In this document: positions 50,282-64,000 of the stretch, in pieces
Layout of the letters: every line of letters begins with the position of its first letter
Position numbering within the stretch: position 1 is the stretch's first letter
Source of the DNA: Paramecium tetraurelia
Lineage: Eukaryota
Reading direction: 5' to 3'
NCBI GenBank assembly: GCA_000165425.1
Contig: CT868049.1
Location: 62,001-126,000, forward strand
Length of the DNA stretch: 64,000 nucleotides
The notes under the pieces: generated by a model
Told to the model about the DNA's origin: nothing
The model's database searches: none
Seen by the model: the letters and a program-made list of their open reading frames with translations, nothing else
Made by a program: the position numbers and the translations under genes

Positions 50282-52372
50282 TCATTTATAAGTTGATTTA
50301 AAAATTAATGATGATCCAATAATGCTTTTTGGAGTTACTGGGTTTGTCTTAAACTTTCTCTATTTTTAATTTACATAATAATGATACTTTAATTTATCTC
50401 AGTTTGATCAATGATTTAAAATTTTGGATAATCACTTTTTTTTCAAATCCATGTCCTCTCCCACTTAAAATATCACAATATTTTTATTATTCGGATGGTA
50501 TTTTAGTAGTATTCGAAATACTACTTTTTGGATTTATTATTTTTTATCTCTCAGATTCTAAATAGTTTTCTTCATTGACATCCTATTGTATTCTTCTTGT
50601 GCTTCCTATTGTACTAGTAAAGGAATTGCGTTTGGTTGTTTTAGTCTTAAAATTCACTTAAACTTAGGCCCTTGATTCAATGTCAGTTCTCAACGATATC
50701 TTTTTTTGAGAAAATTCAATGCTCAATTTGCTTTTGTAGTTTTATTAAAATAAAGGGGAATCATTAAAAGAAAATTTAGATCTTTTGGGTATTTAAGTTA
50801 TTGAATGTATTAATTCAATCATAGTGTGAATTTAATTGGAGTAATAATCTGAGGCTTTTAAGTAAAGTTTGATGAAAGTAGATCCAGCTTATAAAAATTA
50901 ATTCAAAGCATCTTCATTTACATACAATTTTAGAATGATACTCTATATAACAATAAAGCAATACATTTTAAATTTAATGATATAGATCTGGTTGAGTAGA
51001 AGTTAGCGGGTTATTTATGAATTAATATAAGGATAGTGAATAATGTCCGATATAGGTATTTGCACAGAAATTTTTGATTTTGCTATCAATCTAAGAAGAT
51101 TTCAAATCAATTGCCATTCTCTTCTAATGGATTGCCTAAAAGATATCATTGAATCTAATGAATATTAATTTTATGCATACCTCTTAATGGCATTGTAGAG
51201 ATTTCCAAATACTTTAATGATGAATGACTCTGCTTTATGTAATAGATTCTACTTAAAGTTATTTTGAGATTGCTTCATGGTTAAGAATCCCATTAATTTC
51301 TGGACATCTTGAAATTGTGAATCAGACTCCTCCTCCTCATCATAAACGTAGAATCTTTCACACAATTCCTTTAATTCTTTTAATTCTTATTGTAATTCTT
51401 GCTTCTCTTCCATCAAACCCAAGCCTATTGAAGACTCACTGTCAATTTGAACTTGATATTTTCTGTATTGCTGTATGAGATTCTCAACCAAGAATGGAAC
51501 TCCAAAAGGATGAGTATGCATGAAATCAGATATCTCTTTATTACAATCTACCTTATTGATATCCTCAGTTACAAAATTTTCGTTGATTTCTTCTTCAAAA
51601 GTCAAATACATTCTTAGAACATTATTATAATTTTATACCTTTCTAATTTTTATAACACCTGCAAATCTATCACTACTTTTCTTTACTCATGCAATTTAAA
51701 AATGTTGGTCTCATTCTAATCATTCAATTATTGTATAGTTTTTTCTTATTCAGCTAATGTTTATTAAGCTTACTTATAAAATGGTGTAAAATACTTTTAT
51801 TTTTTGCAATAAACTATAATAGTTCTGTTGAGTCTGCTGTGTTTCATTTTTGACCTTCTCCAAATTATCTAATACTTCAACTCTTTTATTTTCCAATTAC
51901 TTAATGTATTCATCATAGCTTAGTTTATATTTGGTATAACTTAAGTAACTTAATTTCTTGTTCTATTGACTTTCCCTATGCTCAATAGGCAAATCTTGAT
52001 AGAAACTGTTGATCAATCTCAGTTGCTCCTCCAAATCATTAATGTACTTCTGTCTCAACAACTAGTGATATTAATGGAGCATACTATAGAGTAGAGAGTT
52101 CTATCGAAATCTATTTCCAAATACTATTTCTGTTCCACAGCCTTCTCGATCTCTTCAACATGCAATTGCTATTTCTCCTACTTAATCTGATATTAAATTT
52201 CTTCTTTTCTTAATCTTGCAATTTGATCTCTCTTGGCAATATTGTTGAAATGCACTTCATTATATATTTGTTCAATCTTATTTATTATAGCATTTATAAA
52301 TACATAAGAATGCGAAAATGCTGAACTCTCTATATTACATTAAGTCAAAAATTCATTTTCCAATTCATTCAT
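50282..52372 (-). CDS. hypothetical coiled-coil protein
   Basis: Long E/Q/K-rich frame with several short introns. Confidence 0.65.
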
Positions 52373-52378
52373 AATTTT

Positions 52379-53164
52379 ATGTATATTAAATAATAACTCC
52401 TCAAATAGTAAATTCCATCTTATTAGCATTCAGATGGCACTTGTTTCTGCTCTGTGTGTTTGTGCAGCAAGTGTTACTGCAAATAAAAGCCTTAACAAAC
52501 GCATTACATTAATGAACCAAAATCAATCTATAACATTGATTACGATTCAAGAAGAACCCCTATTAAACATTCCAGACTGCCTAATCAGAATTATCAAGGC
52601 AGATAAAAGGCTTTGTCACTCCATTCTGTTTACAATGATGACTTCGATAAAAAGCAGTTGAACAAATCATCACTTGATAATATACAATTACCATAGAATA
52701 ATTCTTTCAACATTCCTTTTTGTGGCTGTAACTCTTATGCGCTCTAATATCCAAGTAAAAGTTCGATGCCTCCTCAACTATTAAAACCACTAAATTAAAT
52801 TCAACTACTCCCTTCCAAATTAGACATCAAATCAAGTTATCAAAGAGAACACAAACATTACAAATTGGATCAAGATAAAATCATCAATTTCTCCAAAATT
52901 ACTAATCAAAGATTGCATACCAACTCTAAGGAAAAAAACATCTATTTGAACTCTAGTTATTAAGAGTAATACAAAGGATAAACTGCAAAAAGAGTTTCAT
53001 AATTGCCCATTCAATCTACCTATTTACCTTTTGGACTAAGTAACCAAGGCATTAATCTTTATGTAAGTACAAATAAAAAAGATTATGAAGAATAAAGGCA
53101 ATATTAATGTGAAGCAGATGAAAAATTGCAACAATTAAGCAATTAATTATTATAAGAACATTGA
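52379..53164 (+). CDS. SAXO/FAM154 (STOP-like) microtubule inner protein
   Basis: N-terminal CFCSVCLCSKCYC followed by repeated S-x-Y-x-x-D/E-Y/F motifs (SIYNIDY, SVYNDDF, SSYQREH, SSYQEQY, STNKKDY). Confidence 0.75.
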
Positions 53165-53179
53165 ACAATATATAATCAA

Positions 53180-54200
53180 AATTATTGAATATCTTCTTAT
53201 CTTGTTTTTTAAATTATTACCTTCTTGTTTTGTAGTGGAAATTGTTGTTCAATTTATTAATATTTAAAATCTTCACTTGATATTAAAGGATTGTCTTTAA
53301 ATTATGTGAAACTAATGAGTATTGGGTTTGCGATGAATAGCTAAAGTGTCGTCTACTTGATATCCAATAAATTATTTAAGAAAAATAATCTAAATTCTGG
53401 AAGTTGATTATTATTTATTCTAACCCCTTTTGTTATAAGTTTATTTATCTATCATCTTGTGATTCTATTTTAAGTTTTATTTGAAATAAATATATTTAGA
53501 CTAAGTAATATAACATAACTTCAACTATTACCATCACCTTTCATATAAATATTGTATCTAAAATAATTGATTTGAATAAATATCTTCATAAATATACATA
53601 ATTACATTTTCTATAAGAAATATAAAAATATATTCTTCTTTTATCTTCTTAATTAGCGAAATTATATTATAAATATCAAATTTGTGTACAATATAACATG
53701 ATTGAGCATATGACTATTTTAGAGATACTTTAAACTAATACATCTAGTATAATATTTACAATACCTATCAGTCCCATTAATCCCTTTAAATTCACATATT
53801 TTAATTTAAAATAAAATTCAAACTAACCACTTGTTTGAATAAAAATCTTATTATACTCCTATTCAAAGTTTAGGCTTGAAAATTGCATATGAAAAATTAT
53901 ATTTTGAAAAATTCTTAAATTTCATCATCAATTTATTTCAACATCGTATATTGGTTTAAGAATAGGAACTGGAAGAATTTTGTTAAGTAATCTCTCTTAT
54001 ATTTTCTATCAACTTTTTAACAAAAAAATCTGGAATAAATTACAATTGCCCAAAAGTTGATTAGTATTATTATAGAATTAACTGTCAAATATTAAAGTTA
54101 TGGCATATCTAAAATCTTTTAAAAAATTTATTTGATGATAAATTCATTAATTCACATTTTGATAATGATAAGCATTTATCATATATTGTAATATTCTTCT
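53180..54200 (-). pseudogene. probable decayed gene relic
   Basis: Coding-like fragments with TGA stops and frame changes; no family recognised. Confidence 0.25.
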
Positions 54201-54259
54201 TTAGTATTTGATAATGAATTGATTTTATAATCTGATTTATATTTATTTTGTTTATTTTA

Positions 54260-55624
54260 ATGGATACACCAAATATGTAAAGATTATTAGCTATTAAAGT
54301 CAAGCAGCTGGAGCCAGACCCAATAAGTAAACCTTTGATTAAGCTCCTTCAACTAGACAAGTGTAAACATAGCTGTTTTATTTAGAATGCAAAACAAATC
54401 AGATATTTTTGGAGTCAACTCTCCTGCTCCTGCTCCACAAGCATCAAGATAAAGTGCAAGGCCCAAAACCGATATTTTTAGTAACGAATGTTAAGCACCA
54501 AAATAATAGGAAGTATGAGACTTATCATACATATTTTAGGCAAGATAAAACAAAACTTTTTAATCTCAAATATTTTCATAAGAGGTTGTTCAAAATGCAC
54601 CACCACCTGCTCGTTCGAATCAAACATTTGAGAATTCATAACAAGAAGTGAAAAGATATTAAAAAAAAAATAATGATAATCGACAAGCTGATCACGGAAA
54701 GGATTTCTTATTTGGGAAGAGTGGTAATGATAATTGAATACATTCAAGATTTTGATGAATATAAATCATTAAAGAGAGCAGCCACTCTAAGTGAATTCAA
54801 ACCAAAACTAAATTATGACCCCTAAAATAGAAGAAATAAAGAACTCTATGGCAATGAAATAGCTCGCGAACATCTACCTACTAAGGAAGTCAATTTAGAA
54901 ACTTCCAGTCCTTAAAAAACTAAAAAATAATTATAATAACAATAAGAATAGAATCCATCCAATAGAAAATAGATGGAAAACCAATCAAGTGTTTTTGGAG
55001 ATTCTCAAACGTATAACTTATAAATGTATTTGCAGTAAGGTTGTGTAGAATCAAAAAGTAGAAAAACTGACTGCATCCACATAAAAATGGAGTACTGTTG
55101 GAGGACAGAGCAATAACTAAGTCAAAGAGTTTGATCCAGAAACATATGCTAAGAATAGAAAGGAAGCAGAATTATAATCAAGTGTATTCGGAGAATAGGC
55201 AGTAAAGGTTTAACCAGTTGAAATACCAGAATAATAGGAAGAATCTGAAACATAATAAGGTATAATTTTACATCATTTAGCTTAATAATAATAGTAATAA
55301 AAAGTCTAAAAGCCAAAAGAAAGACTAATTCCTAACAATTAAACATGGTAATAGACTGATTCAGTTAAAAATAAAAGAGATTTTGATCCAACCCAATCCT
55401 AAGTCAAAGATGATGTAGAGGCATCTTAAAAGAAAATGGATGCACTAAAGTCAGCATTGGATACTCATTAATTTGAAGCTTAATAAATTCCAGCAAACTA
55501 AAAAATATCAAACAAAAATCTTAAAGTAATTAATTTTATTAATAAATAGTAAAAAAAGGACATTATTCAAAGGGAGGAGAAATAACCAAAAGAAAAAACA
55601 AAAGCATAAGCTAAGAAAAAATGA
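54260..55624 (+). CDS. disordered Q/K-rich protein with repeated S-x-I/V-F motifs
   Basis: KSDIFG, KTDIFS, QSQIFS, QSSVFG x2; 7 short introns. Confidence 0.65.
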
Positions 55625-55701
55625 TTTATTTATATCATAGCAATATAATATTGGGAATATTTTATATAATTTTAGATATTTTAATTATTTTTGTATATAC
55701 A

Positions 55702-57103
55702 TCAATGTTTTTTATTTCTTTTAATTTTTCTCATATCGTTTACATCATTTGGATTCAATTTACCATAACCAACTGTGATTTTTTGTTGAGGATGTTTATA
55801 ATCAATATCTTCAAACCCAATTCCATTTTCATAAGTTTTCATTACTTTCTTATATCTGAGCTCCTCTTGTTTCCTCTAATTATTATAAATCTATATTTTA
55901 CCTGTCTCGCTAATTATTACTAAATTCCACTTTTCATTAATTGATCTTGACAAAAGATAAATGGGGCATCCTTTTTGGTTAAATTCTAAGGAATTGAATA
56001 CTAATAGATTAGAAGAATAATGTACTTGAGTTCCCCTGAGATTGACCTTGAAATTCTTCTTTCTATACAAAATAATGGTTCCATCAGATTCCAGAGAACA
56101 AGAAACTTTCAGTAAGGAGTTGTTACCACAATTAGTACAGAAGAGTCTTGTTGAATCTCTGACTAATGTCTTGCATATATGACATTCCAAAATGAATCTT
56201 CTTGCACTCTTAATCATATATCCTTCGGTCGATAAGACAGGTACGCCCATTTGTAATAAGACATTCTATTGAATTTAAATTAAATGATACTTGCATAGCA
56301 AAGTCAGTTGTCAAAAGAGCAACTCCAAATAGATTTCCTTGATTATCTTATGGATTGATTTAAATTTCATTTAATTTTTCATGGATGTTTGTATTATTAA
56401 TCCATTCTTCTTCATTTTCATCTTCAGAAGACTCCTCTTCTTGATCTTACACTTATTTTTCTTCTTATTTAGGTTTTTATGATGCATTTTATTTAGATTA
56501 ATTATTGTAATATTTTTTTTTTGGAACAACTTCTTCCCATCCATCTGAATCATCATCATTATCCTCATTTTTTTAAGTTGTTTCTTATATTTCTTGCTCT
56601 TCTGATTTTTATTATGTTTCATGATTCTCTGGTTCTTGTTATTTTTGTTAAGTTTATTATTATTTATTCTACACTTATTCATTTTCTTCCTTTTATACTT
56701 CTTCCTCTTCTTCTTCCTCTTCTACTTGTTAATGATTTTTGGATCCATATACATTCTTAATTTTATTAAACTCTAATGGTTTTAGTGGTTCCAACTTTAA
56801 CTTGTCCTTCTGACCATTTTCCTCAATCAAAGTACAAGCCAAAGCAATGAGTTCAATATCAATAGGTGACAATGATGCTATGTCTGATGTTTATGTGGCG
56901 AATTGCTTAACGATTTTAATCATTTTCTCTGATGGAGTCAAGAAGGTGAGAGGGTAGGTGAAATTTTATAATTTTTATCTGGCTCTTTCATCTCTGACTT
57001 CAGTGAGAATGGCCTCATGAGTTACGAATGAGTAGTGTTCTGAAAGGTGTTGAAAATTGATTTCTTTAATAAATGCATTGGCATCCAATATTAATTTATT
57101 CAT
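55702..57103 (-). CDS. NOB1: NOB1 20S pre-rRNA endonuclease
   Basis: PIN LILDANAFI..EVRDERAR..LSPIDIELIALA..LTTDFAMQNVLLQMG; Zn ribbon CHIC..FCTNCGN.SLLKV..NLRGT. Confidence 0.95.
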
Positions 57104-57128
57104 TTATTTTAATTTAAAAAAATAAAAG

Positions 57129-58564
57129 ATGTCGGAACCATAAGTATATAATAAATTAATTAGGTTATATTTAATGTAGCCAAAAATGAATAAGGTCATC
57201 CCAGCCAGAATTACAAGAAGCTTGTTAAAAAGTATAAGAGTTAATATAAGGTAAGTTATGGATTTTTGAAATATTTAGTTTGGCTTAAACAAAGATGACT
57301 TAGTTATAGACAAAATCAGAAATGCCAATTTACTCATTTTTGCTGGGTCCAGAGCTCCCTTTACTGAAAAAGGTATTTTTTATTTTGATTCCTAGAAATC
57401 AAATGCCTCGAAGAATATCTCAATAGTGGAGGCAATGTATTAATCTTATTCTCCGGATGGTGGTGAGAGTAAATCTACTAGCAACTTAAATGCATTCATT
57501 GAGAAATTTGGAATCTATGTGAACAATGATTGTGTTGTGAGAACATGCTATTTTAAATACTTTCATCCAAAAGAAGCATATATCTAATAAGGAGTTATCA
57601 ATCAAGAAGTTTGAAAATATTTATTCTATTTAAGATAGTTCGAGTGATTAATGGTGAATAAAAAGAGACCAGAAAAAACAAGGCATCCACACCATACCTC
57701 TAAGGAGTCATCGAGATGGAAGATACTGAAATTAACAATCAAAGTGGCCTTGATTTTGTCTATCCCAATGGAGCCACTCTGATTGTGAAGGACAAGGCCT
57801 TCCCCATCCTATCCACTGGCCCTATGTCTTATCCATGCGAAAAACCTATCATGGCTGTCAATCAAGAAAAGGGTAAACTTGTAGTCATTGGCTCCACCGA
57901 CATATTCAATGATGAGTACTTTGAGAAGGATGACAACCAAAAGATTTTTGACTTCCTTTTAAAGTTCTTCTTAACAAAAGAAGTTGAATTTGATAAGAAA
58001 ACTCCCTTTGCTGAAAATGATTGCAAAAATGCACCTGATATAGCAGAATTATCTGATAAACTAAAGAGTTGCTTACAAGAAAGCGAAGAACTACCAAAAG
58101 ATGTAACAACCTTGTTTGATTCGACCTTATTCAAATTTGATCTTGATCTCATTCCAGATGCAGTCAAGCTCTATGAAACTCTCTGTAATGTTCTTTCATA
58201 TTCTAGAGGTTAAACATGAGCCACTCACACTTATTGTTCCCCAATTTGAAACCCCTTTATTAGGATTACAACCAGCGGTTTTTCCACCCATCCCAAGGGA
58301 ATTACCCCCTCCTCCACTTGAGTTATTTGATTTAGATGAGGAATTCGCATCTGAAAAGTAACTCTATCTTTTTATATCTTCCTTAGAACTCGTTTGGCGT
58401 AATTGACAAACAAATGCACTAATGAAGATTTGGAATATTATGTCAAGGAAGCTGGAGATATCATAGGAATCACAGATAAATTAAAGAATAGACAAAAGGC
58501 ATAGTCAGTAATTCATTATGTCCTAGAAAATTTAATCAATTTTAAAAAATTAAATTAAGGTTGA
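57129..58564 (+). CDS. IFT52: intraflagellar transport protein 52 (apparent +1 indel at ~57455)
   Basis: GIYVNNDCVVRT.YFKYFHPKEA, FVYPNGATL, LSTG..SYP, KHEPLTLIVPQFETPL..LQPAVFPP..RELPPPPLELFDLDEEFASE. Confidence 0.95.
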
Positions 58565-58661
58565 GCTTTATAATCAATAAATATGTAGACACATTTAATT
58601 TCAAATTTTTTTTTGTAGATTCACATACTGTTTTGTATATATATAATATATATAAATTAAT

Positions 58662-59774
58662 TCATAGTTTTCTGGAAGAAAACTTTTTATTTGTTGAGTT
58701 TAAATCAACCTTATTTAAAGACGATGTTCTGATATGCTGTTATGAAAAATTGGAATGTTCCAACCGAAATTTCAATTTATTCCATAAATCTTCAATCAAG
58801 TTATACATTCTTGTATTTTGTTTAATTAATTTCAGCATCTCATTACTTTTTATAGCTCTATACAATATGTTTGATACTAGTTGCAATGACTCTTATGTCG
58901 ACAACAATTCAGGTTCAATTATTTAGTCGTTTTACAGTATTTTTATTTACTCCATTAACTAAATCATATTCATTCAAATGTTTACTTCTTTCAATTTGAT
59001 GTTGTGATGTTTCTTTAACTATATGATTTCTTCCTTTATATCCTAAACGTGGATCCAATCTTAAATCACTTAGAGTCTCTCGTTTTTATTGATCTTTATC
59101 GCTTCCTTCAGAACCTAAACTATATTATCCTACTCCACCTATGAAAATTAAGCCATCAACATTTAGATTGCATTGTTAATTTCATAATGATTAAGTTGTT
59201 GTTGCTTATTGTACAGTTATTAGAGTTCACTTGTTAATTACTTGATTTGCCAATTCTACTATTACATAGTTTGTTAATAAAACTATTCTTTTTCGTTTTA
59301 CTCATTCATTAGCTCATTTATTTTGTTCTTCTATGCATTTATTTCAATTTCATATGATTTATTTTAAGAGATTAATAATCCATTCTCCTTTTTTATGGTC
59401 TTAATCTAATTGAAGATCTCCTCCTTCTGTAATTGTAATTGCATGACATTCTCTTGCAGAATCTCTAATTTTGGCTTGGGTAGTGTTTCAGTTTAGATTT
59501 CTTTGTTTTGTTAATTTATTTGGATTTTATTCAAAGATTGGGTAAAAATATCTTTTTTTGGCAAAGCAAAGGCAGATACTTCTTCATAATACCCTTAATA
59601 TTGTCTACTATCTGCTGTAGTGATGCTATGCATATCCGTCGAACTTTTCGATCTATTTTATCTTGAGAGATCTTAGATTTACGACAATTCTTATTGAAAA
59701 TATTCAAGTCTCTTAACCTACTCTCTGATTTTAGGTTTTTGAGTTTGAAAGCTGAAAATCATTTGCTTATCCAT
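58662..59774 (-). CDS. hypothetical coiled-coil protein
   Basis: Open Q/E/K-rich frame from ATG 59774 to TGA 58662. Confidence 0.6.
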
Positions 59775-60267
59775 ATTATTCAAATTTTAACAGTAATATA
59801 TTGATTTAATTTCTTATAATTACAAATACAATATATTTTCATTCAATTCTATACCAAAAAAACAAACTAATATTTTGATTCTTTTTCGTCTTCATTACCA
59901 GAGCTTCTCTCTTTATAGATTAATTGAATTCACTTTTAAGTGTGCAAAGATTCTTAAATAATAATACTCGCTTGAGAATAAATTTGTATCAGATATAATA
60001 ATTTCACTAAAGTCGTTTAGTATAACTAATCGTTATGGTTATATCTCTGCAAAAGTATCATTAAAGATTGACAATTAGTTTCTTAAATTGGCTTCCACTT
60101 TTAGAGATAGTGCATTTATCCATATTTTTAGAGATCATCTATTTTTGGTATATAATTTCATATTAATGGAATGCAATGATGAATTTACTATATTGTTTAA
60201 GGGATTATTAGTTTATTGAGAGACAGAAATAGACTCATCAATTTAATCAACATAATAAAATTAATTA

Positions 60268-62123
60268 ATGTCAGAAACTTCTTTTGGTGTGGTGTCATTT
60301 ACAATCATATTAATTTTGTTCATTTATGCTATTGCAGGATCATATTTTGAGCACAAACATGTACGATGAATTAATTAATAGGAGATTCACTTTATACATG
60401 AGACAGGATTGGGCATTATTTTAGGGGTTGTGGCTGGAGGGTTGTTTACATTGATTTACAGAGGAACATTGTATTATATTGTAAAGACAATTAATAACAT
60501 AGTACGAATTTAATGAATCCTTCTTTTTCTACATTTTGTTACCAATAATCATTTTTGCAGGAGGATACAATTTAAATAAAAGAAGGTATATTAGTCTATA
60601 CAATTTAGATTCTTTCAAAATTTTCTATATATTAATTTATTTGGATTGTTGGGTACATTATTGACTTTCCTACTGATAGTATGCTTCACATTTTTGATTA
60701 GTGATGGAGGTTTGAATTAATTTTTGATTCTATATAGATTTGATTCAAATTTGGGGAGGTGATACTACGATTAAATTGAAAACTGAATAAATAATGATAT
60801 TTGCAGCTACAATCTGTGCTACTGATTCCGTGGCAGCATTGACGATGATCAAACCCAATAAATACCCAAAACTGTTTAGTGTAGTATTCGGAGAGGGCAT
60901 GGTCAATGATGCTGTGTCTATCATTCTATATATTTCTGTAGATTTGTTATCTGGTAAACACGATACAATCTTTACAGTCTCTTTGGAGTTTTGCATCCTG
61001 TTCATATTGGAATTCTTTTGCAGTCTTGTAGTCGGATTACTCTTTGGAGTATTGGCTTCCATACTCTTCAAATATCTTAGATTCATCACCGAATCTGTAA
61101 TTTTAGAAATGGCTATTATAATTTACATCGCCTATGGTAGTTTCACAATGTGCGAACTATTGGGACTGAGTGGGGTGCTATCAGTGTTAGCAACTGGAGC
61201 TCTGATGGCTTATTATAACATTTACAATTTGTCCAGTTTGGGCTAGGTTGCATCCAAGTAAATTGATATAGAATAATTATAGAATTACAGTCTCAACACT
61301 CTCTTTAATATGCGAGGCATTTATATACATCTATTTGGGATTGTCAATGTGGATATTGTCAGGATATCAGAATTCAGATGATTAGATTGAAAAGCCAAAA
61401 TGCAGTTGGACATTCCTGGTGCTAGAACTATTGATATGCTTTTTCTCAAGAGGAGTATCCATGGCCATATTATCAGGGATGGCCTACTTGATTAAGGGGA
61501 AGGAGAAATTCAAACTATCTCTGTAAGAATTGAATATCATTTGGTTTGCTGGATTGATTAGAGGTTCCGTTGCATATGCCTTAATTACAAAATTATAGAT
61601 CTCAAATCCTGAAGATCTAAATGAAAGATATTAAGTTGAAGTCATAAAAACAACTGTCTTATTTATGGTTATCATTACTACAATTCTACTTGGAGCAATG
61701 ATGCCCTTCTATATTAATTTAAACCTGAAAAGGAAAGTAGAGGATGTCAATAGTAGGTTGCTATAAAACAATGAATTTGAAAGTGGGTATCGAAGATAAA
61801 TTTAAAATAATTTTAAGTATCTTGATGATCATTACTTTAAATATTGGATGATTTTTAATTACTAAAATAGAAAATCAGAAATTCTAAAACAACAACAAGA
61901 AAAACAATAGGATGAAGAAAACCACAACAAGATCGGTCTAATTTCTTAATTCTAATCCAAGTTTACTGGAAATTAGAACATTGTATTCTACGTTGAAGCA
62001 AATAAAAGTATCCCTGCACACACAGAATCGTTGATCGAAGGAATAGATGACTTAGAAGAAAACGATTAATCAGATTAACCAAATTTGATGACTCACATAT
62101 CCTAAAATTATAATGATCTATGA
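60268..62123 (+). CDS. Na+/H+ exchanger (CPA1/NHE-NHX family)
   Basis: FFYILLPIIIFAGGY, ICATDSVA, VFGEGMVNDAVSII, GLSGVLS, WFAGLIRGSVAYAL. Confidence 0.95.
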
Positions 62124-62252
62124 ATGCATCATATTTTTAAATATTTTTCTATCTTAGATTATACCTCCGAAATGGGGAAGAAATATTGTGTATATTTATT
62201 GTAATTAAATTGTAGTTTATTTCTTATCAAATTATTATTATTACTTATACTA

Positions 62253-64000
62253 ATGAAAGTTTAAGATGCTTCCGAGAAGCAAGCCAAACCAATCGATTCA
62301 CGCTTAATGAATGGACCATTGTAAGATCGTCACTGCACTGATATCATATGTTGTTTGTTATTTATCGCATCGTTCATATTCATGTGGTAAGTTATTATTC
62401 TTAATCTAGGTATATTGCTATAACAGGATACTCTCTTGGAAAACCAGAAAGAATATTGGCAGCTTATGATTCTGATGGTACAGTTTATCTCAATTTAGGC
62501 AATGCATGTGATTTGGATTTACCAGATTATCCATTATTATACTTTCCTATCGTTCATCCTGATTACTATAACAAGACAGTCTGTGTGGAAAGATGTCCAG
62601 CAAATACATCAGACGCTGTTAAATGTTAAACAAACAAAAATATCACCTCCTGTCCTAGAGATTGTACAAAAGTTTCAATTGAAACATCTACTACTTTTGA
62701 TTTTACTTCCATCGATTCGATGAAGACCTACGTGGACACAATAACAAGTTCAGTTAGTAACCCAGAAAATTGGATATGTCTCTATGGAAGTGAACCTATT
62801 TTTTCAAGAGCATGTTTCCCAAGCACTGCCTTAGAAATTTTGAATCAAACTTCTAATTTCAGTTCCTCAGTTGATTTGAATAGATTGACGTCTTGGTTGT
62901 ATGACCTTTCTGTTGCAAAATACATCATTCTTGCATCTTTTTTTATAGCATTTGGTTTAGGGTAAGGAGTAAAATTTATAATTTTAGATTAATCTATATG
63001 GTAATTTTAAGATTTTTGGGAGGATTATTTGTATGGCTGACAATCTTGCTTTATTTTGTAGGAATTTCAGTTTTGGCAGGTTACACTTGGGATTAGCACT
63101 TATATTATTTAAAGTAAATATAATCATATATATATTTTAGTGATTCTCAATAATCAGGCTCTGCTGGTTCAACAAATGCCTCTGACAATGCCAAAGCCTT
63201 GGAATACATATTTTATATCGAAATCGCTTGGATTGCATTTTCAATTCTGGCATTTTTTTGCATTTTCAACAAAATTAGATTGGCCATAGGAGTAGTGAAG
63301 ACAGCTACTCTCTATGTGAGAGATAACTTTTCAGTTATGATTGTACCTCCAGTAATTGGAGTTTGTTTAGGAGTCTTGTGGGTTTGGTGGATTGTTTCAG
63401 TTGTGTAATGAATATAATTAATTTATAAGATACATTGTTGGTCTTGGAAACATCAAAGGAGATGGCAGTACACCTTTTGCCTCTGTGACTTTTGACAACA
63501 CAACTAGAAACATGGTGTATTACTTTATGTTTGGTGGATTATGGAAATAGGCCTTTTTGTTGGCTCTGAATCAATTCATAATTGGTTGTTCAGTGTGCAT
63601 ATGGTATTTCAATTAGGGACCAGGCTAATCCTATACTGGCAACTTATTCTAGAGTATATATTGGGCATTTCGTTATCATCTTGGATCATTGGCATTTGGT
63701 TCATTCATATTGGCAGTGGTTCAATTCATTCGATTGATGTTGGAATACGCAAAATATCAAGCAAAATAGATGGCAGGCGATAATAAATGTACTAAATGCA
63801 TATTGGATTGTCTGTCTTGTTTGGTGGCTTGTTTTGAACGATTTATTGAATTCCTCAATAAAAATGCTTACATTCAAATTGCATTGACTAGCAAGAGTTT
63901 CTGTCCAGCTGCTAAAGATGCTTTTGAATCAATATGGGCTAATACCATGAGATACAGTCTAGTTTCTGGTATTGGTTCTATTTTCACATTCGTAATTCTT
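62253..64000 (+). CDS. choline transporter-like protein (SLC44/CTL), 3' truncated by window end
   Basis: GPLQDRHCTDIICC, YDSDGN.C, RYHLGSLAFGSFIL, CFERFIEFLNKNAYIQIALTSKSFCPAAK. Confidence 0.95.

Noticed and set aside
52434..52661. ORF MALVSALCVCAASV as a signal-peptide protein
   Set aside because: Wrong frame; the overlapping frame from 52379 gives the SAXO-like Cys motif and repeats and stays open much longer

Overview
Gene-dense, very AT-rich ciliate macronuclear DNA, almost certainly Paramecium (aurelia-complex-like). TAA/TAG read as Gln, TGA is the only stop, and genes carry tiny (~20-30 nt) GT-AG introns, so the supplied standard-code ORF track fragments or mis-frames most genes. All models below were re-translated by eye with the ciliate code, and family calls are from recalled motifs, not database searches. 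The window holds about 33 protein-coding genes, including CDC27, TXR1/ATXR5-like PHD-SET, NUFIP1, a Hippo/MST kinase, an RP2-like gene, a Neverland-type sterol desaturase, WDR20-like, PHOSPHO-like, RPS12, RINGv-FHA, MADS-box, a CNBD K+ channel, CLEC16A-like, RNF170-like, HSF, SAXO-like, NOB1, IFT52, NHE and CTL/SLC44. It also has one tRNA-Pro(AGG), a cluster of eight box C/D snoRNAs (41.56-42.38 kb) separated partly by (TA)n tracts, and several decayed gene relics. The most notable observations are: (1) an RP2-type ARL3-GAP domain fused in one ORF to a clathrin-light-chain-like domain; (2) the snoRNA cluster with identifiable rRNA guides; (3) a 79-nt double-hairpin intron in the MADS box whose unpaired length (~24 nt) equals a normal Paramecium intron; (4) a Hippo kinase with Mob1-docking TM motifs and a SARAH-like helix; (5) small candidate PP1-targeting and APC/C-regulating proteins; (6) single lesions (frameshifts, non-AG acceptor) in otherwise intact conserved genes, which may be assembly errors or incipient pseudogenes.
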